A stretch of DNA of 64,000 nucleotides from Verrucomicrobiales bacterium (GTDB lineage Bacteria > Verrucomicrobiota > Verrucomicrobiia > Verrucomicrobiales > V1-33): NCBI GenBank assembly GCA_043757865.1, contig JAYVOP010000169.1:628-64627 (forward strand), written 5' to 3'. Shown one piece after another: positions 57,494 to 64,000 of the stretch (position 1 is its first letter; every line of letters begins with the position of its first letter). Made by a program: the position numbers and the translations under genes. A model generated the notes under the pieces. That model worked only from the letters and a program-made list of their open reading frames with translations. It was not told the origin of the DNA and searched no databases.

Positions 57494-58174
57494 CTAGTTC
57501 GGTCGCGCGATGTTGATGCGCATGTTGATCGGCATCGGCATGCCGTTAGGGGGAGGCTCGGGGAGCTGGAGGCCCTGTAACACATTGGCATCCAGCGACT
57601 GGGCAGTGTTTTGATCGCCACTGACATTGCGCAGCACAGCCTTGGTCACGCGGCCCGTGGAGTCCGTCCAGAGGCTGGCTTCGCAACGGAGCGCGGCGGT
57701 TTTGGTGAAGGAATTTCTCGTGATGGCACTAACAAGCGCCTTTTGTGTGGATAGCACAAAGCCATCATATTTGCCTTTCTTATGACCCCCGCCAATGCTC
57801 GCCACGCGACGGGGCCCACCGGGCAAGACGCCCCCTGGAGCGACTGGCGCATCATTAGAAGGCGCAGCATCGGCGGGGGAGTCAGGAGGGGTATCGGGTT
57901 CATCCACTACTTTCTCTTGCACTACTTCTTTGACCTCCACGGGCGGCGGTGGTGGTGGCGGCGGCAGCGGGGGAGGTGGCGGCGGGAGGGTGATGCTGAC
58001 AACGTGTTCCACTTTAGAGACGCGCATTTTCTCTACGGGTGGACGGGTGGCTAAATAAGCGGCAACACCTCCGAATGCACCTAACATCGCCAAGAAGGCG
58101 AGTGGATTGCGCTTGTAGAGGGGGCGTTCGTCGAACTCATCGAACTCGTCTTCAGGTAGGTTTTGCTTTGCCAT
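57494..58174 (-). CDS. TonB-like energy-transducer protein
   Basis: An N-terminal TM anchor (FLAMLGAFGGVAAYLA) is followed by the proline-rich rod PPPPPPLPPPPPPPPVEVKEV and a ~90-aa C-terminal domain. I prefer the ATG at 58174 because the track start at 58204 is TTG. Confidence 0.7.
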   Translation of the reverse strand: MAKQNLPEDEFDEFDERPLYKRNPLAFLAMLGAFGGVAAYLATRPPVEKMRVSKVEHVVSITLPPPPPPLPPPPPPPPVEVKEVVQEKVVDEPDTPPDSPADAAPSNDAPVAPGGVLPGGPRRVASIGGGHKKGKYDGFVLSTQKALVSAITRNSFTKTAALRCEASLWTDSTGRVTKAVLRNVSGDQNTAQSLDANVLQGLQLPEPPPNGMPMPINMRINIARPN

Positions 58175-58187
58175 AAAATGAGATGGT

Positions 58188-58583
58188 TTACTTTTCGCTA
58201 GCAAGATTAATTTGAGTGATGCCCATTTTGTTGAGCGTGTCTAACACGGGCCAGAGCATGTTGTATTGCGCTAGTCCATCGCCTCGGATAATGACTGGGG
58301 AGTCAGGAAATTTCCCCCGCCAGACAGAGATGCGCCCTTCCAGATCGCCCAAGGGGGTAGGGCTGGTGGATTTATCTACCATGACGCCACCTTGGGCGTT
58401 GATGGTGATCGAGAGCGGCTTTTTCTCCGTCAACGTGGCTGCACTGCTGCTTTTGGGTAGGTTCACTTTCAAGCCTTGTACGCTGGCGGTGGTCATGATG
58501 ATGAAGATCAGCAGGAGCACTAAATAAAGGTCCACCATCGGCGTGACGTTGATGTCGTCGTAGGATTTATCGTCGGCATTCAT
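58188..58583 (-). CDS. exbD: ExbD/TolR family protein
   Basis: The motif DINVTPMVDLYLVLLLIFIIMTT is followed by a periplasmic domain containing VIIRGDGLAQYNMLWPVLDTLNKMGI. The protein is 131 aa. Confidence 0.85.
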   Translation of the reverse strand: MNADDKSYDDINVTPMVDLYLVLLLIFIIMTTASVQGLKVNLPKSSSAATLTEKKPLSITINAQGGVMVDKSTSPTPLGDLEGRISVWRGKFPDSPVIIRGDGLAQYNMLWPVLDTLNKMGITQINLASEK

Positions 58584-58589
58584 GGCTAA

Positions 58590-60428
58590 TTATTCGTTGG
58601 CGGTGGGATAGGCCTCAGCAATCCGGGCGACGAATTCATCAATAAAGATTTCCATGCCATTGATGGTGTCTTTAATACGCGCATTTAAATAGCTGTATAA
58701 AAACAACGCCGGAATAGCGACCGCCAGCCCCGCCACTGTGGCCAGCAGCGCACCTGCGATACCCGGAGCGATTGAATTGATCTCCACCTGCCCGCTTTGA
58801 GCGATCACAGCAAAGGTCATCATCACCCCAATGACCGTGCCCAGCAGCCCTAGGTAAGGACCACCTGCAATGCCAATGGTGAGGAACACTAACTTGCTCT
58901 GCAAACGCTGCACTTCCCGTACGTGGCCACCATCCAGCGTGGCGCGGATGGCTTCGATCGAGCGCCCGGAGAGCCCGGAAAATTTCTCTTTATCCGCATC
59001 GATTCGCTTCTGGATTTCTTGTGATCCAATATGATAAATGTGAAACAACGGAGACTGCCGCATGAGCCGCTGTTCTCCGCCGGAGGCTGCTCCCAGCCCC
59101 GCCTTGCCGTCTTCGTTGGCGTGATCCAACGCGGTCAGATCACCAGAAATGTCTTTCCAGCGACGGAGGAATGCTTTGGTAGCAGCGGAAATTTTATTCA
59201 AATAGAGGAATTTCTGCACACCCACCATCCAGCCCACGATGGCCAACAAAACGCAGCCGATGATCACAATTTTGCCATCGAAAGTGAGGTCTTTACCAAT
59301 GTTGCGGAACATCTTCACCTGCGAAATAAACTCGCTTTCCTTTTCCGCTTCTTCAGCCGCTTCCACCACGCTTTGCGTAATCATCTTGGCGGCCTCTGGG
59401 CCAGTACCTTGGCTGATCGCAGCGAGCTTGATACTGCCTGGTTCGCGCGCTATTTTGGAGATTTCTAACTCATCAATTTCTCCGCTAAATGAAGTATCGC
59501 CCGGAGTGTCGGTTTTCCCCAAAATGCTGGGGCCACTCAGTGCCGGAAGGCCCACGGAAATGGTGCCCGCTGCCGTGCCATTGAGATAGAGAGTGATGCT
59601 AGGCCCATTGGCGATGACCGCCAGATGCGCCCACGCATTGACGATCAATGACGTGGTGCCCGTGGCGACTTGTTTATTGCCACCTGTGGTAATCTCTACA
59701 TAAGGCAGCCCCTTATTTTCACCCACCACAAATCCGTTATCGCCCTCCTGACGACTAAAGATCATGGCCTTTTCCCGCAGCGCACTGGGCTTGACCCACA
59801 GCGACCAAGTGAGCCCGCCATTGGCATTCCATTGCATGGCTGGATTGTCCATTTTAATGGGCTTGGGAGCAGGTAAGCGCAAGCCGTTGCCAATGATAGC
59901 CCCGTAAGCCACCGCACCTGAGGCATCCGGGAGAATGGAGTTAGGACCGGAGTCCAAGGCGGCGGCATTGTTTTCCGCGAAGTGATACACTAAGATCGTA
60001 TCCGCATCATAAGTAGCCTTAGGTTCAAATGATTTCGTGGCCTTACTATTGCCATAGTAGAGCCAAATTTTGGTAGCTGCTTCTGGCTGTAAGCTGGGAA
60101 GTTTCACCCACACCGCCGCCTCTCCGATGGAGGCATCCCACTGCTCAATGTGATACGAAAGCAGTGTCTTATCATCATCCGCCAAGAAACGTAAATCGGA
60201 CGCATCATCCAACGTGCCGGAAGGGAAATTCGCATCTTTTAAACGGATCAACACGGCCGTAGTGCCAATGGGATTACCGATGGCAAAACCTTTCTCAGAA
60301 GTATCAATGGTGATCTTCTTACGCGACGTCCAATCCTTATTCCACCAGTCTCCTGCGTGCGAGAATGCGACGGTGCCCAGCAAGATACTGGATGTGTAAA
60401 TAAGAGAGCGAAGGGAGGAACAAAGCAT
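58590..60428 (-). CDS. MotA/TolQ/ExbB proton-channel protein with a large N-terminal periplasmic DUF2341-like and LamG/ConA-like extension
   Basis: The protein is 612 aa. The N-terminus has a signal or TM segment followed by GDWWNKDWTSRKKITIDTS (a DUF2341-type start). Next comes LTWSLWVKPS...AWAHLAVIANGPSITLYLNGTAAG (LamG-like). The C-terminal 230 aa form the ExbB core (GGPYLGLLGTVIGVMMTF...GIAGALLATVAGLAVAIPALFLY). Confidence 0.8.
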   Translation of the reverse strand: MLCSSLRSLIYTSSILLGTVAFSHAGDWWNKDWTSRKKITIDTSEKGFAIGNPIGTTAVLIRLKDANFPSGTLDDASDLRFLADDDKTLLSYHIEQWDASIGEAAVWVKLPSLQPEAATKIWLYYGNSKATKSFEPKATYDADTILVYHFAENNAAALDSGPNSILPDASGAVAYGAIIGNGLRLPAPKPIKMDNPAMQWNANGGLTWSLWVKPSALREKAMIFSRQEGDNGFVVGENKGLPYVEITTGGNKQVATGTTSLIVNAWAHLAVIANGPSITLYLNGTAAGTISVGLPALSGPSILGKTDTPGDTSFSGEIDELEISKIAREPGSIKLAAISQGTGPEAAKMITQSVVEAAEEAEKESEFISQVKMFRNIGKDLTFDGKIVIIGCVLLAIVGWMVGVQKFLYLNKISAATKAFLRRWKDISGDLTALDHANEDGKAGLGAASGGEQRLMRQSPLFHIYHIGSQEIQKRIDADKEKFSGLSGRSIEAIRATLDGGHVREVQRLQSKLVFLTIGIAGGPYLGLLGTVIGVMMTFAVIAQSGQVEINSIAPGIAGALLATVAGLAVAIPALFLYSYLNARIKDTINGMEIFIDEFVARIAEAYPTANE

Positions 60429-60490
60429 GAGAAGATAAGAAAATGGAGTGGAGAAATGCTGTGGTATCTATGTCATCAGACGGGTGACAC

Positions 60491-60522
60491 TCACAAGTTG
60501 TGCTGTGTGACGTTGTTGTTTC
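60491..60522 (-). promoter_or_regulatory. Conserved ~32-bp element upstream of exbB (copy A), containing the inverted half-sites GTCACA-N10-TGTGAC
   Basis: The + strand reads tcacaagttgtgctgtgtgacgttgttgtttc. It matches copy B (62324-62355) at 29 of 32 positions. The proximal edge is 63 nt upstream of the exbB ATG at 60428. Confidence 0.7.
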
Positions 60523-60564
60523 AGTGGCGTGTTGGCTGCGTGGCTAAGCTGTGGCGGGAGTTGG

Positions 60565-62265
60565 CTAAAAATCAGTAGATACTTTAAACGACAACAACAC
60601 CTCGCCCACCTTGGCGTTCGTTTGATTGATCAACGGCCAGCCTGCATCCAGTGAGCCGTGGAAATGATTCTTTAATTTCACCCGCGTGCCGACTCCGACG
60701 CTCATGAGTTTGAAGGTATCCTTTTGGTCGGGAAGTGGATCCACGATGGAGAGTCTCGCACCGTCCCAGAAGCCGTAGATGCGCCATTCATTGGCGGGAT
60801 CGCGGGTGGCTTCGCTTTCCTTTTCTGGCTGAGGGTTCATGCGCCCTAATAAGGATGGAGTGCGGAGTTCTAACGTGACGGCTAGGCCGTTATCACCTAG
60901 CTGGGTGGACTCTAGGTAGCCCCGCACGGTGCCCATGCCCCCAGCGGAAAATTGCTCGCTGTTAATGAGAGAATTGGCGGTGCCTTGCGTGGAAATTTTA
61001 CCGAACACCTGCGCGCCTAACGGCAAGTCTTGGGTATGCGAGGCATCAGCCCTAATGTGGAAGAAAGCCGCGCTGGCTTGGTAGCGTTTGTTGTCGTATT
61101 CCAATTCATCGCTGCCGCCTAGGCCACGCAGGCTGAAGGTGGCGGTGGAATTAAATTCCGTAAATGAATGTTTCCCTGACCAGTTCGCGCCATAGCTAGC
61201 ACTGATGGGGAAATAGGTGATCGGCGTGGCGATTTCACTTGTCCCAACGAGCACGTTCTCTTTGAAATGCTTGTAGTCCACACCGAGGCTAGCGGTCTGG
61301 TAGAACTCCGCTTCCGTTGGTAAATTAATCAGCGCCCGCACGCCAAAAATCTCGCCCCGACCAGTCACAGCGGCTCCTCCCAATGTGGAAACATTGCTGT
61401 CCTGCTTGGTGGCATTTAGCATCAAGCTGACGTTGTCCAACGAATCGAATTTTGCCAAATAGTAGGCGGCATAAACGGAGGCATCCTTGGGGCTTTCAGG
61501 CGCTACTTGATAGCTGATGCCGGCCGCGTGGCCTTTTTGCCAAAGATTCGAATAGTTCAAAGCTGCATTCACCCGCAACGGAGCGGTGTCCGCAGTGTAG
61601 CGGTTATTCAATTCAAGGCTGCCATGCAGCGGAGATTTATCTTTCACTTCCAGATCAATATCCACCGTGCCAGGCTCTACGCCTGGATTCACGGACGGCT
61701 TCACTTGCAGGTCTGGCGCGGAATTCAACGCGATGATCTCCTTGGTGACTTCATTGAAATCTACCACCTTTCCCTCGGCTAGGGAGGGCACGCGCTGCTT
61801 GATTTGATCCAACGTGAAGTATCGCGAATTCCGCACCCGCAGTCGGCCCACAGTATTCTCCGTCACCAGCATTTTGATAACCCCGCGTCTGGGCACTTGT
61901 GGCGGCACTTCCACGACGACGGTTTTATATCCTTTGTCTTGAAACGCCTTTTCCAAAGCCGCTCGCGCGCCCTCTACGTCCTTGGTCGTGCGGCTCGGGC
62001 CGAGAAACGGATACACTGCTTTTTCCACCTCCGGCAGCGTCAAATGTTGCACTCCCGTGACACGATATTCGCGCACGTACAGACTATCCTCGGGACCGTC
62101 CGAGGGAGCCTCTGGCGCGGGCTCATTATCAGGAAATGCCGCATCGGAACGCGGTGACATCGTCGAGGCCGTTTCCGCTAGAGCATTTCCTAACCCCAGC
62201 AGCACGCCGCAGACCACGGCTAGAGGGGCGCGCGCGGCGGGCGGGGTAGTGGAAAATGATCGCAT
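60565..62265 (-). CDS. TpsB outer-membrane transporter (ShlB/FhaC/HecB family, POTRA domains plus beta-barrel)
   Basis: The POTRA region reads YVREYRVTGVQHLTLPEVEKAVYPFLGP...DVEGARAALEKAFQDKGYKTVVVEVPPQ. It is followed by a 16-strand-like barrel with C-terminus ...LLSFKVSTDF. I favour the ATG at 62265 (MRSFSTTPPAARAPLAVVCGVLLGLGNALA) over 62301. That choice places the conserved upstream element at the same distance as in exbB. Confidence 0.85.
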   Translation of the reverse strand: MRSFSTTPPAARAPLAVVCGVLLGLGNALAETASTMSPRSDAAFPDNEPAPEAPSDGPEDSLYVREYRVTGVQHLTLPEVEKAVYPFLGPSRTTKDVEGARAALEKAFQDKGYKTVVVEVPPQVPRRGVIKMLVTENTVGRLRVRNSRYFTLDQIKQRVPSLAEGKVVDFNEVTKEIIALNSAPDLQVKPSVNPGVEPGTVDIDLEVKDKSPLHGSLELNNRYTADTAPLRVNAALNYSNLWQKGHAAGISYQVAPESPKDASVYAAYYLAKFDSLDNVSLMLNATKQDSNVSTLGGAAVTGRGEIFGVRALINLPTEAEFYQTASLGVDYKHFKENVLVGTSEIATPITYFPISASYGANWSGKHSFTEFNSTATFSLRGLGGSDELEYDNKRYQASAAFFHIRADASHTQDLPLGAQVFGKISTQGTANSLINSEQFSAGGMGTVRGYLESTQLGDNGLAVTLELRTPSLLGRMNPQPEKESEATRDPANEWRIYGFWDGARLSIVDPLPDQKDTFKLMSVGVGTRVKLKNHFHGSLDAGWPLINQTNAKVGEVLLSFKVSTDF

Positions 62266-62323
62266 GGTGGTATGATTGAAGCTGGGGGAATTAGGGCTCA
62301 CTTATTTCAATCGCACGGGCTGG

Positions 62324-62355
62324 TCACAAGTTACGCTGTGTGACATTGTTGTTTC
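62324..62355 (-). promoter_or_regulatory. Conserved ~32-bp element upstream of tpsB (copy B)
   Basis: The + strand reads tcacaagttacgctgtgtgacattgttgtttc. The proximal edge is 59 nt upstream of the ATG at 62265. On the minus strand both copies read GAAACAACAAYGTCACACAGCRYAACTTGTGA. Confidence 0.7.
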
Positions 62356-62412
62356 CGATGGTGCGGCCAAGTGCCACAAGTCCGTGGCCCTGTCTTCTTG
62401 CAGTGCGGTCAT

Positions 62413-63618
62413 TTAATAATCGTTGGTGATGGTGCCACCATCAATGGGGCGGCTCACATTGAGGCTACTGATGCGCAGGGTGGCATCAGTAGAGAGCAGT
62501 TTATTTCCTAGCAGATTAGCGATCGCGTAATTCTGAACTGCCGACAGATTAGCGCGATAGAGCAGGTGCTCATAGGCCCAAATAGAGTAGGCTCCATTGG
62601 CCACATTTTCCGGCGTATAGGGCACTCCATTATAAGCTAGGTAATGTGCTCCAGCAGCCACGGCATTGGCCGCATCCAACGTAGGCAGATAGGAAACATA
62701 GTATCCACCCAGCGTGGCGAGGGTGCTTTTTGGAAGCACGACTGTAGCCAGATTACCATTGCTGGGATTGCCATCGCTACCTTCTAGGAAATCAATGCCG
62801 TTCCGCGTTACGGCTGGATATGGCACGTGACTGATGATGGAGTTTGCCAAAGCTCCGGTGCCAATGGTGGGCTTGTATTGCACGAGGTTTGCATTTCCAC
62901 CAATACCTGTTTCTACAAGGGTTACAAGACGCGCGCCAGACTCAGGATCACGTCCTGTGGCATAGACATAAGCGGGTTCGTTGGTGGCTGGGAGCACGGC
63001 GGTGCGGTCCGAATCCTGCCCCGTAAATACGGCTAGTGGCAACCGTCCCACGCCATATAAGGCCTGCGCCTGTTGCGTGGAAATGTTGTTGAAACGCACG
63101 GGCGCATCTTTACTAGCAACAAAGACGTAGGCTCCTGCGCCTACCTTCAGGTCCGTCAGCACGGGAGTGCGATAGACCGTGGTGTTCTGAAAGGTATCCA
63201 CCGCTGCAACGTCGGCCACGAGGGACTCTACAGCCGCTCCGGTATTCAGCGCTGATGGCGTGCCCGCAGAGCTTTGAAGCGTGGTGGTCTTAAGGAAACT
63301 GATCTGCTCATTGGTGGTCACGACGCGCACGCCAGCAGTGGAACCATTCCATGAAGTGCGGAAATAAATGGTGTCCGTGCCGCCCGTAGGTAGGGCGATG
63401 GTGCCGGTCCAAATACTTTGCTGTGCTTTATTGATGTCCGTGCCAGTATAGGCATAGGTAAATGAGCTACCGGTGTCAGTTAGGACATGCAAGATGGCGC
63501 GGTGCACGGCATCGCCAAAGGCTTGGGCACCCGTGATGCGGATGTCAATGGCGGCGGGCGCAGTGGACAATGTGACTAATGAGAATAGCGTGGATAACAG
63601 ATAATTAGATTTTTTCAT
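62413..63618 (-). CDS. Secreted protein, possibly with a periplasmic-binding-protein (PstS/PBP-like) fold
   Basis: The protein has a signal peptide (MKKSNYLLSTLFSLVTLSTAPA). The stretches IRITGAQAFGDAVHRAI and ...NNISTQQAQALYGVGRLPLAVFTG... resemble type-2 PBP-like domains. The family assignment is weak. Confidence 0.35.
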   Translation of the reverse strand: MKKSNYLLSTLFSLVTLSTAPAAIDIRITGAQAFGDAVHRAILHVLTDTGSSFTYAYTGTDINKAQQSIWTGTIALPTGGTDTIYFRTSWNGSTAGVRVVTTNEQISFLKTTTLQSSAGTPSALNTGAAVESLVADVAAVDTFQNTTVYRTPVLTDLKVGAGAYVFVASKDAPVRFNNISTQQAQALYGVGRLPLAVFTGQDSDRTAVLPATNEPAYVYATGRDPESGARLVTLVETGIGGNANLVQYKPTIGTGALANSIISHVPYPAVTRNGIDFLEGSDGNPSNGNLATVVLPKSTLATLGGYYVSYLPTLDAANAVAAGAHYLAYNGVPYTPENVANGAYSIWAYEHLLYRANLSAVQNYAIANLLGNKLLSTDATLRISSLNVSRPIDGGTITNDY

Positions 63619-63651
63619 ATTGTATATAGTTTTTAAAATTGAGAGGGTAGA

Positions 63652-64000
63652 TTATGGGAAAACGAGACGATAAAATGCTTTGTCAGCTGGGGGATTGGGA
63701 TCAGTGAAATTGATTGCCCCATCAAGTGCTGCGGGCACGGTGGCTAGGGTGAACCAGTCCTGCAGGCTCTGGCTGCGCTGGATGCGATAGGTGGTCCCAG
63801 GATCGCCTCCGAAGCTTATGGAAACATAGCTACCGTAATGCGTGAGGCTGCTGGCAAGGGGTGGCGAGGACCGATATTTTGTAAACGCTACCCCCCCCCC
63901 CCGTGTTAATATTGAAGGTGCCCAGAAGTTCCGCCGGACTGCCGATGCTGGCACCTGTGGCAGGCGTGATGCGGTAGAGATCCAACGCGGCAGCGATGGC
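63652..64000 (-). CDS. 3' part of a secreted-protein gene whose reading frame changes at a G12 tract (possible phase-variable gene, pseudogene or sequencing error); it runs off the window
   Basis: The downstream frame reads ...VAFTKYRSSPPLASSLTHYGSYVSISFGGDPGTTYRIQRSQSLQDWFTLATVPAALDGAINFTDPNPPADKAFYRLVFP*, which looks like a real C-terminal domain. Upstream of the tract a different frame looks more coding-like: AIAAALDLYRITPATGASIGSPAELLGTFNINTGGGG, with GC-rich third positions. Confidence 0.5.
   Translation of the reverse strand, partial: PSLPRWISTASRLPQVPASAVRRNFWAPSILTRGGGVAFTKYRSSPPLASSLTHYGSYVSISFGGDPGTTYRIQRSQSLQDWFTLATVPAALDGAINFTDPNPPADKAFYRLVFP
63891..63902. repeat. Homopolymer C12 (G12 on the coding strand)
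   Basis: I counted the run directly as 63891-63902. It lies inside the coding sequence at the point where the plausible reading frame changes. Confidence 0.95.

Noticed and set aside
60491-60522. Interpreting the conserved element as a Pho box or a canonical ECF promoter
   Set aside because: The half-sites are inverted (GTCACA/TGTGAC), not the 11-bp-phased direct repeats of a Pho box. The GAAAC could mimic an ECF -35, but no conserved CGTC-type -10 lies at 16-17 nt in both copies. I therefore leave the regulator unassigned.

Overview
The window is a roughly 58% GC bacterial chromosomal segment. The protein repertoire looks like Verrucomicrobiota/PVC, but that is inference only and no search was run. 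From about 9 kb to the right edge, every gene except one lies on the minus strand. I did not recognise any rRNA gene, tRNA gene, CRISPR array, transposase or integrase.

The window has three parts:

(1) 1-9 kb holds housekeeping and metabolic genes. These are an MFS-acyltransferase fusion that the ORF track misses because it runs off the left edge, a secreted spherulin-4/GH135-like protein, ribulokinase, a secreted CXXCH protein, N-carbamoylputrescine amidase and transketolase.

(2) 9-42.5 kb is a roughly 33 kb surface-polysaccharide/LPS-type locus.
- Core machinery: initiating sugar-phosphate transferase, Wzx-like flippase, Wzy-like and O-antigen-ligase-like membrane proteins, about 8 glycosyltransferases (GT2, GT4, GT9) and WecB.
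- Tailoring genes: carbamoyltransferase, AsnB-type amidotransferase, FkbM methyltransferase and three acyltransferase-3 genes.
- Unrelated inserts: a Uma2 nuclease, a membrane-tethered ECF sigma fusion with a coupled partner, a plus-strand AAA/DUF4143 ATPase preceded by six exact-phase 22-bp tandem repeats, a four-helix-bundle gene, and a decay zone with HigA-like and CYTH pseudogenes plus an FkbM gene fragment.

(3) 43-63.6 kb is the most interesting part. It is a two-partner-secretion locus with a 3689-aa TpsA. TpsA is the last gene of a tightly packed seven-gene block: ExbB (fused to DUF2341-like and LamG-like domains), ExbD, TonB-like, a 634-aa outer-membrane beta-barrel, a secreted coiled-coil protein, a parvulin PPIase, then TpsA. 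The TpsB gene lies just upstream. The same ~32-bp element sits about 60 nt upstream of both the tpsB and exbB start codons.

At the right edge, a G12 homopolymer interrupts a secreted-protein gene.

All functional calls come from my own motif and family recognition on translated sequence. No database search was possible.
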